A stretch of DNA of 64,000 nucleotides from Corallococcus sp. AS-1-6 (lineage in GTDB: Bacteria; Myxococcota; Myxococcia; Myxococcales; Myxococcaceae), in NCBI RefSeq assembly GCF_020037015.1, contig NZ_JAIQDE010000007.1:179886-243885 (forward strand). Reading direction: 5' to 3'. Below the pieces are notes generated by a model. The model had not been told where the DNA came from and made no database searches. It saw only the letters and a list, made by a program, of their open reading frames with translations. The position numbers were made by a program, and so were the translations under genes. Shown here piece by piece: positions 49,969 to 57,302 of the stretch (the stretch's first letter is position 1; every line of letters begins with the position of its first letter).

Positions 49969-52065
49969 ATGCCGAAAGCAGGGAAGATCCTCGCGGATCT
50001 CAACATCTCCGACTTCATCCGGGACATGGGGCTCGCCATCGCCGAGGCCCAGACCAAGCTGGACACCAACAGCGTGGATCAGACGCTGCGCATGGGGCAG
50101 ACCGTCCTGCCGGGCATGACGCAGAACCTGCTGGCCCTGGGGTTGCGGCCGGCCTTCTACCACTTCCAGTACGCCGACCTGGAGGTGAACCTCAACGTCT
50201 ACTACTCGACCACCATCGACGTGGGCGCCAACTTCAACTACGACAACGAGAACGAGTCGAGTGAGTACAGCCTCGAGACGTCCTCCGCCAGCGGCAGCGC
50301 CACCCTCACGGTGCAGGACGGCGAGGGCATTCCCCCCTACGCCTGTCTGGCGTTGGTGGCCAACGCGCCGGGCCACCTCACGGTGGGCACCACCAGCTAC
50401 GCGCTGGACGGCGGCGTGGGCCCCAACAGCAGCGGCCTGCCCGTCACGCGCCAGGACACGCTGTGGGAGACGGCGCAGGAGCTGCTCGTGGCCCTGCGCA
50501 ACAACTCCGTCTGGACCAACCAGGCCGCGGGGGACCTGCAGGGCGTCTTCATGGACTGGGAGATGCAGTCGGGCGTCACCGCCAGCACCAACCGCCCGGA
50601 CCTCTACGCCATCAACCGCTCGGTCATCACCGTGCGGACCTCGCCGCAGGCGGCGCCCGGCGACAACCTGGTCATCGCGCGGCTGGGCAGCGTGACGCCC
50701 GCGCCCGCGCTGCTGCTGCCGGCCACCAACGGCACGCGCTACACCAGCACCGCGGCGACGGTGGGCGCGGCGCTGGCGGACATCGGGCAGCAGGTGGACC
50801 CGGCCGCCTTCGTCGTCGTCTCCGGCGCTGACTGCAACCGGGCCATCTACTTCGACACCGACGTCCACGACGTGCCCACCACCACCTACGGCACGGACCG
50901 CGAGCCCTCCGCCATCCTCGACGCGGTGGCGGCGCTGCTGGCGGAGCACCCGTCCGCCTCGCTGGACCTGGAGGGTTGGGCGGATCAGCGCACGCCGCCG
51001 GCCCCCGGCTACAACCAGCGCCTGTCGCAGCGGCGCGCGGACTTCGTCCTGCGGGCGCTGACGTCGCGGGGCGTGGCGGCCAGCAGGCTCAAGGCCCGGG
51101 GCATGGGCGCGACGGTCAGCTTCAGCAGCTCCGACCTGGCGGCCAACCGGCGCGTCGTCTTCCAGTTCTCCGGCGTGCCCGCGTCGCTGGTGGCCCGCAC
51201 CGGTGCGGCCACGGCCGCCTTCGACCCCACGGGGACGGACCGGGAGGCCCGCATCGTGCCGCGCACGCGCGCCGCCGCGAACGCGCCCACCACGGCCGTC
51301 GTCACCTTCCGCGGCACGGACTTCACCCAGGGCACCGCGTCCCAGGGCACCACCTTCGCGGTGGGCGCCACCGCGGAGTCCACCGCCGCCAACCTGGCCC
51401 GCGCCATCCGCGACGCCAACGCCAACACCGCCTTCGGCGCCTTCGCGCGCGGGGACCGCGTCTACCTGTACGGCACCGGTGACCACGCCCTGTTCACCCT
51501 GTTCGCGCGCACGCCCACCGCGCCGGCCCTGTCCGCGGCGGGCTCCATCCGCGTGGCCCGCCGCTTCGGTGACGGCCGCCCGCCGGCCTCGCCCCAGCCG
51601 CGCGACACCGTCGTCATCGACAACGTGCAGTTGGTGGCCGTGGAGGCAGGCGTCGCCCCGCAGCCGGGGCAGTTCACGCTGGGGGTGACGGCCGCGGACA
51701 CGGCGCGCAACCTGGCCGCCGCCATCACGGCGGGCTCCAGCTCCGGCGTGCTGGCCGCGGGCCTCCAGGCCCAGTCCGCGGGCAACATCGTCACCGTCTC
51801 CGGCCCCTCCGGCACCATGCTGGGCACCAGCAACCCCGCCGCCTTCCTGCTGTCGGCCAACCGCATCGCCGGCAAGCCGTCCGCGGACCGCGAGGAGAGC
51901 TCCGAGCGCGAGCTGCGCGCCCTCAACGTGGATGCGCACGCTTCGGTGAAGTACGAGATGAGCGTGTCCGGCAGCTCGACCATCAAGGCCCGCCTGGTGG
52001 CGGTGCCCGCGCCGCCCCAGTTCCTCCAGGCCATCGGCGACTACCTCGAACGCTGGTACCCGTAA
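49969..52065 (+). CDS. Paralog-family protein with split conserved domain and a ~550-aa insertion containing an OmpA-like peptidoglycan-binding domain
   Basis: The N-terminus (ILADLNISDFIRDMGLAIAEAQTKLD...LGLRPAFYHFQYADLEVNL) and the C-terminal 60 aa (YEMSVSGSSTIKARLVAVPAPP) match the family. The middle has an OmpA-like segment (LDLEGWADQ...NQRLSQRRADFV...NRRVVFQF). Confidence 0.65.
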   Translation: MPKAGKILADLNISDFIRDMGLAIAEAQTKLDTNSVDQTLRMGQTVLPGMTQNLLALGLRPAFYHFQYADLEVNLNVYYSTTIDVGANFNYDNENESSEYSLETSSASGSATLTVQDGEGIPPYACLALVANAPGHLTVGTTSYALDGGVGPNSSGLPVTRQDTLWETAQELLVALRNNSVWTNQAAGDLQGVFMDWEMQSGVTASTNRPDLYAINRSVITVRTSPQAAPGDNLVIARLGSVTPAPALLLPATNGTRYTSTAATVGAALADIGQQVDPAAFVVVSGADCNRAIYFDTDVHDVPTTTYGTDREPSAILDAVAALLAEHPSASLDLEGWADQRTPPAPGYNQRLSQRRADFVLRALTSRGVAASRLKARGMGATVSFSSSDLAANRRVVFQFSGVPASLVARTGAATAAFDPTGTDREARIVPRTRAAANAPTTAVVTFRGTDFTQGTASQGTTFAVGATAESTAANLARAIRDANANTAFGAFARGDRVYLYGTGDHALFTLFARTPTAPALSAAGSIRVARRFGDGRPPASPQPRDTVVIDNVQLVAVEAGVAPQPGQFTLGVTAADTARNLAAAITAGSSSGVLAAGLQAQSAGNIVTVSGPSGTMLGTSNPAAFLLSANRIAGKPSADREESSERELRALNVDAHASVKYEMSVSGSSTIKARLVAVPAPPQFLQAIGDYLERWYP

Positions 52066-52074
52066 GGAGTCCCC

Positions 52075-52578
52075 ATGCCCGGAAACAACACCACGCAGGG
52101 CCAGCGCGCGATGATGACGGTGCTGGACGCGCCGCTGCCCGAGCTCATCGAGCGGCTCGGGCGCGCGGTGGCGGACGCGCAGCACGCGCTGGACGTCAAC
52201 TCGCTGGACATCGCCAAGCGCATGTCCGAGCGCACCGTGGACCTGGGCGACGGGCAGTTGTGGAGCCTGCTCGCGCTCGGCTTCACGCCCACGTTCTACG
52301 CCTTCGCCGAGGCCACGCTCGAGGCGAAGCTCACCTTCACCATCCGCGAGTCCACGGAGTTCTCCGTGGGCGGCGGCGCGACGGGCGGCATGGCCGGCAT
52401 CTTCTCCGTGACGGTCAACGCCGAGTACAGCCGCAAGTACGGCTTCGAGGTGCAGGGCGCCAGCTCCATCGCCGCGCGGCTGGTGTCGCTGCCTCCGCCC
52501 GCGCGCCTGCACCAGTTGCTCAACGAGATCGCCGCCCAGCCGCCGCTCCCCGCGGCCTCCACCAATACCTCCGCCTGA
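52075..52578 (+). CDS. Paralog-family protein (minimal, 167 aa)
   Basis: LPELIERLGRAVADAQHALD ... LGFTPTFYAFAEATLEAKL ... YSRKYGFEVQGASSIAARLVSLPPPA. Confidence 0.6.
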   Translation: MPGNNTTQGQRAMMTVLDAPLPELIERLGRAVADAQHALDVNSLDIAKRMSERTVDLGDGQLWSLLALGFTPTFYAFAEATLEAKLTFTIRESTEFSVGGGATGGMAGIFSVTVNAEYSRKYGFEVQGASSIAARLVSLPPPARLHQLLNEIAAQPPLPAASTNTSA

Positions 52579-52600
52579 AGCGCGCAAGGACCCAGACACC

Positions 52601-53173
52601 ATGCCCAACGTCGGTCAGGAACTGCTGAACGTCCCCATGGGGGACATGATTCGTGAGATGGCGACCGCCATCGCGGAGGCGCAGCTCGAGCTGGACAAGA
52701 GCGGGATGCTCGTCGCGGAGATGATGAGCGGCGAGGCGCTGCTGCGGGACGCCGACGGGAACATCCAGCTCGACGGCTCCGGCAAGCCCATCCGGGTGGA
52801 CACCAAGGTGTCCTTCGCGGGCACGCCCTCGTCCATGATGGAGCTGGGCTTCGCGCCCAATTTCTACCAGTTCGTGGACACCATCATCGAGGTGAAGATC
52901 GCCATCAAGATGACGGAGAGCACGGAGAGCAAGGTGGCGACGCAGAGCACCTCGCGGACGGCCGGCGGGCTGCGCCTCTTCAAGCGCGGCGGCGCGCCCC
53001 AGGCCGTGGTGACGACCGTGGACGCCAGCTACACGCGCAAGTACGACTACAGCGTGGAGGGCTCCAGCCTGCTGCGCACCAAGCTGGTGCCGGTGCCTCC
53101 GCCGGCCCTCTTCGAGGAGCGGGTGCGCGCGCTCATCGCGTCCAGGGCCGGCACCACGCCCACCACGAAGTAG
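52601..53173 (+). CDS. Paralog-family protein (190 aa)
   Basis: LLNVPMGDMIREMATAIAEAQLELD ... LGFAPNFYQFVDTIIEVKI ... YTRKYDYSVEGSSLLRTKLVPVPPPA. Confidence 0.6.
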   Translation: MPNVGQELLNVPMGDMIREMATAIAEAQLELDKSGMLVAEMMSGEALLRDADGNIQLDGSGKPIRVDTKVSFAGTPSSMMELGFAPNFYQFVDTIIEVKIAIKMTESTESKVATQSTSRTAGGLRLFKRGGAPQAVVTTVDASYTRKYDYSVEGSSLLRTKLVPVPPPALFEERVRALIASRAGTTPTTK

Positions 53174-53191
53174 CCCGGGAGAGCGCGCACC

Positions 53192-53782
53192 ATGCCTACC
53201 AACTCCATTGGTCAGGATCTGCTCAACGTCCCCTTCGGGGAGATGGTCCGCAACCTGGGCAACGCCATCGCGGATGCCCAGTACGCCCTGGACAGCTCCT
53301 CGCTGAAGATCGCCCAGCTCATGGCGGGCTACCGCATCGACGACAGCGGCAACGCCGTGCGGGACGGGGCCGGCTTCGTGAAGCTGGGCACCACCGAGTA
53401 CCCGCTGCTCCTGCTCGGCTTCACGCCCACGTTCTACCAGTTCGTGGAGACCATCATCGAAGTGAAGATGGAGATCTCCATGCACGAGTCCACCGATGAC
53501 TCGACCCAGACGCGCGACCGCAAGGTGGACCGCGACAAGGGCATCCTCACCACGCTGGTGAAGGGCCACAAGAGCCACGTCACCACCGTCACGGCCAAGC
53601 ACTCGCAGAAGTACAGCTATTCCGCCGAGGGCTCGAGCCTCATCCGCACCAAGCTGGTGCCCATTCCCCCTCCGGCGGCGCTCCAGCAGATCTGCGCGGA
53701 GATCGCCAAGGGCCTCAAGGGCACCGCGGAGGGCGAGGCCGTCAGCGGGAAGATCGACACCGCCGTGGGCAACGTCACCTGA
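53192..53782 (+). CDS. Paralog-family protein (196 aa)
   Basis: LLNVPFGEMVRNLGNAIADAQYALD ... LGFTPTFYQFVETIIEVKM ... HSQKYSYSAEGSSLIRTKLVPIPPPA. Confidence 0.6.
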   Translation: MPTNSIGQDLLNVPFGEMVRNLGNAIADAQYALDSSSLKIAQLMAGYRIDDSGNAVRDGAGFVKLGTTEYPLLLLGFTPTFYQFVETIIEVKMEISMHESTDDSTQTRDRKVDRDKGILTTLVKGHKSHVTTVTAKHSQKYSYSAEGSSLIRTKLVPIPPPAALQQICAEIAKGLKGTAEGEAVSGKIDTAVGNVT

Positions 53783-53800
53783 CGCAGAGGGGCGCCGCGC

Positions 53801-54739
53801 ATGTCACACGTCCGTTGGGAAGACCTGCTGGAGGAGGACGCCGCCGGGGCCTCCGACGCCGCTGGCGCGGCCGCTCCTGCTCCGGGAGCGGACACGCCCG
53901 TGCCGTCGCTGGAGCAGGTGGCCGCCAGCGACCCGGAGCTGGCGGCGCTGCTGAAGGAGCGCCGGCAGCTCGAAGACACGATGAAGGCGCTGAGCGGCGT
54001 GCAGGAGGCGCCCGTGGACGAGCGGCTGGCGAAGCAGTTCCCCGTCGTCCAGCACACGCCGGAGTCGCGCATCGCGGAGCGCAAGCAGCACGAGCGGGAC
54101 ACCGCGCGGCGGCTGCTGGAGCAGAAGCTGTACGCCCGGCGCCGGACGGAGGCGGAGGAGGCCGAGCGGGTGGAGGAGCTGCGCCGCGAGCGCCTGCAGG
54201 CGGGGAAGGCGGCCCGGCGTCAGGCGCAGAAGCAGCAGACGCTGCGCCAGCAGTGGGCGCGCAAGGCGCGTGAGCGCGCGAAGCTGGCCACGCGGCTGGC
54301 GGAGCGCGCCCTGGAGTCCCCGGGCCGGGGCCGCATGAAGCTGGGGGAGCTGGGGTCCGCGACCCGGCGGCTGGCGGACGCGGCGGAGGAGGCGCGCTCG
54401 GTGGCGCGCAGGCCCCTCGCGCTGGAGAAGGGCCAGACGCTGCCCTCGCTCGGGCAGGTGGGACGGGCCCTGGGGGGGCGCGGCGGGCTCACGATAGGGA
54501 AGGTGGAGAAGGGGGTGGCGGTGGCGCGCGAGCTTCGGGGGATGGATCCCCGCTCGCTGGACACCGAGGCCCTGATGATGCGCGGACTGGCGATGGCCGG
54601 CATGGACATGGAGTCCATGGAGCAGCAGATGGACATGGAGATGGAGCGCGCCGGCATGGGCATGGACGACATGGACGCGCGCGACACGGCACGTGACGCG
54701 CGGCGGGAACGCGGGCGCCAGGGAGCGCGGGATGAGTGA
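53801..54739 (+). CDS. Glu/Arg/Ala-rich coiled-coil protein with Met/Asp-rich C-terminal tail
   Basis: The 312-aa body contains EAEEAERVEELRRERLQAGKAARRQAQKQQTLRQQWARKARERAKL. The tail is MDMESMEQQMDMEMERAGMGMDDMDARD. Confidence 0.5.
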   Translation: MSHVRWEDLLEEDAAGASDAAGAAAPAPGADTPVPSLEQVAASDPELAALLKERRQLEDTMKALSGVQEAPVDERLAKQFPVVQHTPESRIAERKQHERDTARRLLEQKLYARRRTEAEEAERVEELRRERLQAGKAARRQAQKQQTLRQQWARKARERAKLATRLAERALESPGRGRMKLGELGSATRRLADAAEEARSVARRPLALEKGQTLPSLGQVGRALGGRGGLTIGKVEKGVAVARELRGMDPRSLDTEALMMRGLAMAGMDMESMEQQMDMEMERAGMGMDDMDARDTARDARRERGRQGARDE

Positions 54740-55397
54740 CACGACACAGCAGGCGCAGGAGTTGTTCGGCACGCTGGACGAGTACCTGCTCGAGCTGGCC
54801 GACGGCCTGGCGAAGGCCCAGCAGGAGCTGGGAGGCATCTCCGCGGCGGGCGCGCCCGGCCGGCAGTTCACCTACTACGTGCCGAAGCTGGAGTTCGAGC
54901 TGCGGATGGACCTGCGGGTGGAGACGTCCACCACCACCACCGGACCGGTGGCCAACGGGAAGATATTGAAGATGCGGCCCGTGCGGCTGGCGGACGTGGC
55001 CTCTTCGCAGACGAAGACGGAGATCGTCAGCGTGATCCGCGGCAGCTTCGTCGCGGTGCCGGCCAACGAGGGCCTGCCTCCGGTGGTGCTCGACGCCCGC
55101 TGCGTCATCGGCGACGGGGGCGTGCCGGGCGTGGTGGTGCGCGTGCGCAACGCCGCGGGCGAGGCCCTGCCGGGCGTGGAGGTGGAGTTCAACCTGGACC
55201 GCAGGACGACGCAGTCGCTGTCCGGCGTGGCGCCGCTGGCGGGCACGGACGTGGTGCTCGCGGTGGTGAGGACGGACGCGGCGGGGGAGGCGCGGACGAC
55301 GCTGCGCGTGGCGGCCGGCGAGCAGGCCCGCATCCTGGCGCTCACGGTGGACGCCGCGTCGCGGACGCTGGCGCTGTCCTGTGAGGTGGCTCGATGA
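54732..55397 (+). CDS. Paralog-family N-terminal half fused to an Ig-like / carboxypeptidase-regulatory-like beta-sandwich
   Basis: ELFGTLDEYLLELADGLAKAQQELG ... FTYYVPKLEFELRMDL, then VVVRVRNAAGEALPGVEVEF...TDAAGEARTTLRV. It overlaps the previous gene by 8 nt. Confidence 0.55.
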   Translation: MSDTTQQAQELFGTLDEYLLELADGLAKAQQELGGISAAGAPGRQFTYYVPKLEFELRMDLRVETSTTTTGPVANGKILKMRPVRLADVASSQTKTEIVSVIRGSFVAVPANEGLPPVVLDARCVIGDGGVPGVVVRVRNAAGEALPGVEVEFNLDRRTTQSLSGVAPLAGTDVVLAVVRTDAAGEARTTLRVAAGEQARILALTVDAASRTLALSCEVAR

Positions 55398-56125
55398 AGG
55401 TCCGGGCCGTGTTCCACAAGGCCACGGGAGTCCCCGTGGCGGGAATGAAGGTGGCGTGGTGGGTCCCCGCGAAGACGGGCACCTTCGAGCTGCGCGACAC
55501 CGGGGTGACGAACGAGGCGGGCGTGCTGGAGATGGAGGTCAGCAGCGCCACCTTCGGCTCCCACCTCCGGCTGGGCTCCGCCGGGGTGGCCACCTTCCCG
55601 GTGAAGATGAGCAGCACCCTCATCGACTACGGGACGATGGTCGTCCTGGAGCCCGCGAGGGAGGACGTGCGCGCCGTGTCCTCCGCCGCGGTGGAGCCCA
55701 CCCAGGAGCCCGCCCTGGAGCAGGGCACGTCCCTGGTGCTGTCCGACAAGCTGAAGTCGGCGGGCCAGCAGATCGAAGCGGTGCGCGCGTCGCTGACGAC
55801 GGTGCGGTTGAGCACCGTCCGCGTGCGGTGGATGGAGACGACGCCCGAGGGCGTGACGGAGGCGGAGGCCCAGTTCGTGGAGCAGTCGCCCGCCGCGCCC
55901 GAGACGGGCGACGCGCCGGCCCGCGAGGTGCCGGACTTCCGGGGGCTGACGGCCTCGGCGGCCCGGCGGCGCGCGGCGGAGGCGGGGCTGCGGGTGGACC
56001 CGATGCCGCTCTTCGTCAAGGAGCCCGGGCAGTGGGGCCGCGTGCTGCGGCAGGTGCCGGAGCCGGGCAAGCCGCTCGCTTCGGGCCCCGTGCAGTTGAT
56101 CATTGGCCAGGCGATGGAGGGCTGA
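55394..56125 (+). CDS. Carboxypeptidase-regulatory-like beta-sandwich + C-terminal PASTA-like domain protein
   Basis: ATGA overlap with the previous gene. It has VPVAGMKVAWWVP...TNEAGVLEMEV. The C-terminus VPDFRGLTASAARRRAAEAGLRV...GRVLRQVPEPGKPLASGPVQLIIG fits PASTA. Confidence 0.55.
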   Translation: MKVRAVFHKATGVPVAGMKVAWWVPAKTGTFELRDTGVTNEAGVLEMEVSSATFGSHLRLGSAGVATFPVKMSSTLIDYGTMVVLEPAREDVRAVSSAAVEPTQEPALEQGTSLVLSDKLKSAGQQIEAVRASLTTVRLSTVRVRWMETTPEGVTEAEAQFVEQSPAAPETGDAPAREVPDFRGLTASAARRRAAEAGLRVDPMPLFVKEPGQWGRVLRQVPEPGKPLASGPVQLIIGQAMEG

Positions 56126-56128
56126 ACC

Positions 56129-56797
56129 ATGGCGGATTCGAATGACGTCCCGCAGTTGGAGGCGCTGAGCGCGCCGCTGGGCGCGTTGATCTCCTCGGTG
56201 GGCCGCGGCGTGGCGGAGGCGCAGCGGGAGCTGGACGCGGCGACCATCGAGCGGATCCGCGAGCTCTACGCCTCGGACGAGGACCTGGCGGTGGAGCTGC
56301 AGCGCATCGGCTACCGGCCGACCTGGTACCACATCCCCGAGGCCGAGGTGGAGATCGCCGTGGCGCTGTCCATCACCTCGGAGGAGCGGACGCAGGGGCG
56401 CACGCGCCTGAAGATGTACGGCGCGCCCCTGGACGCCAGCTACACCAACCGCTTCGCCTACAGCCTGACGGCGCAGTCGCGGCTGAAGTTCCGCGTGGTG
56501 CCGGTGCCGCCCTCGCCCCAGGCGGAGGCGCTGGTGGTGGTGCCGGCGGTGGTGGGGAAGACGGTGGGGGACGCGCGGGCGCTGCTGTCCGCCATCGGCG
56601 TGCCCCACCGGTTCCCCAGCGGCGCGGCGGACGCCGCCCTGGTCCTCTCGGCCTCGGCCGAGCCGGGGACGCTGCTGCCGCGCGGCACCGAGCTGGTGCT
56701 CACCGTGCAGACGACCGGCGGAGGGAAGCTCCCGCCCACCGGAGTCCTCACCCGCTCGCCCGTCCTGGAGACCGTGGCCGCCGAGCCCTTGAAGTGA
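56129..56797 (+). CDS. Paralog-family domain fused to C-terminal PASTA-like domain
   Basis: LGALISSVGRGVAEAQRELD ... GYRPTWYHIPEAEVEIAVAL ... YSLTAQSRLKFRVVPVPPSP, then VPAVVGKTVGDARALLSAIGV...PGTLLPRGTELVLTV. Confidence 0.55.
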   Translation: MADSNDVPQLEALSAPLGALISSVGRGVAEAQRELDAATIERIRELYASDEDLAVELQRIGYRPTWYHIPEAEVEIAVALSITSEERTQGRTRLKMYGAPLDASYTNRFAYSLTAQSRLKFRVVPVPPSPQAEALVVVPAVVGKTVGDARALLSAIGVPHRFPSGAADAALVLSASAEPGTLLPRGTELVLTVQTTGGGKLPPTGVLTRSPVLETVAAEPLK

Positions 56798-56816
56798 ACG
56801 GACGGTCCGTGCCGCG

Positions 56817-57251
56817 ATGGAGGCCCCTGGCGCGATGAGTGACGCCATCGACCTGGAGGCCCTGCTGATGGACCTGCGTGAGTCGCTCGCGCGGGTCCAG
56901 GCGCGGCTCGGCGCCGGCCCCATCGTGCTGGGGCCGGTGGAGCTGGAGCTGCACGGCGCGGTCACCGCGGACGGGACGGGGATGCACTTCACCCCCGGAG
57001 GCCCCGGCGAGGTGCGGGCCGTGTTCGTCCAGCAGGGCCCCGAGGCGGCACCGCCTTCCGCGCCGGAGCTGCTGGGCCTGACGCGGAGCGCCGCCGTGCG
57101 CAAGGCCCGCCTGGCCGGAGCCTCGCTGGAGGTGACGGACGTGCCCTGCCTGTCGCCGGAGCAGGCGGGGCGGGTGTGCTGGCAGCGCCCCGCGGCCGGA
57201 GCGCCCCTGACGGAGGGTCACATCGCGGTGGGACTGTACGTTACCGGCTGA
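56817..57251 (+). CDS. Small protein with C-terminal PASTA-like domain
   Basis: LLGLTRSAAVRKARLAGASLEVTD...WQRPAAGAPLTEGHIAVGLYV. The start may be 56835. Confidence 0.45.
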   Translation: MEAPGAMSDAIDLEALLMDLRESLARVQARLGAGPIVLGPVELELHGAVTADGTGMHFTPGGPGEVRAVFVQQGPEAAPPSAPELLGLTRSAAVRKARLAGASLEVTDVPCLSPEQAGRVCWQRPAAGAPLTEGHIAVGLYVTG

Positions 57252-57302
57252 GCCGCGCGATTTTTCACGGAGCCCCGGCGCCAACCCCTAGAGTCGGGCC
57301 CG

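Noticed and set aside
48982-52608. 1208-aa minus-strand ORF spanning the first genes of the paralog operon
   Set aside because: Its translation is R/G/H/A-rich with no motifs, which is typical antisense of high-GC coding DNA. The + strand frames have recognisable OmpA-like and paralog conservation and tight operon punctuation.
54875-57103. 742-aa minus-strand ORF and the 355-aa ORF 53804-54871(-)
   Set aside because: This is the same antisense artefact. The + strand products carry PASTA-like and Ig-like domains and conserved family motifs.
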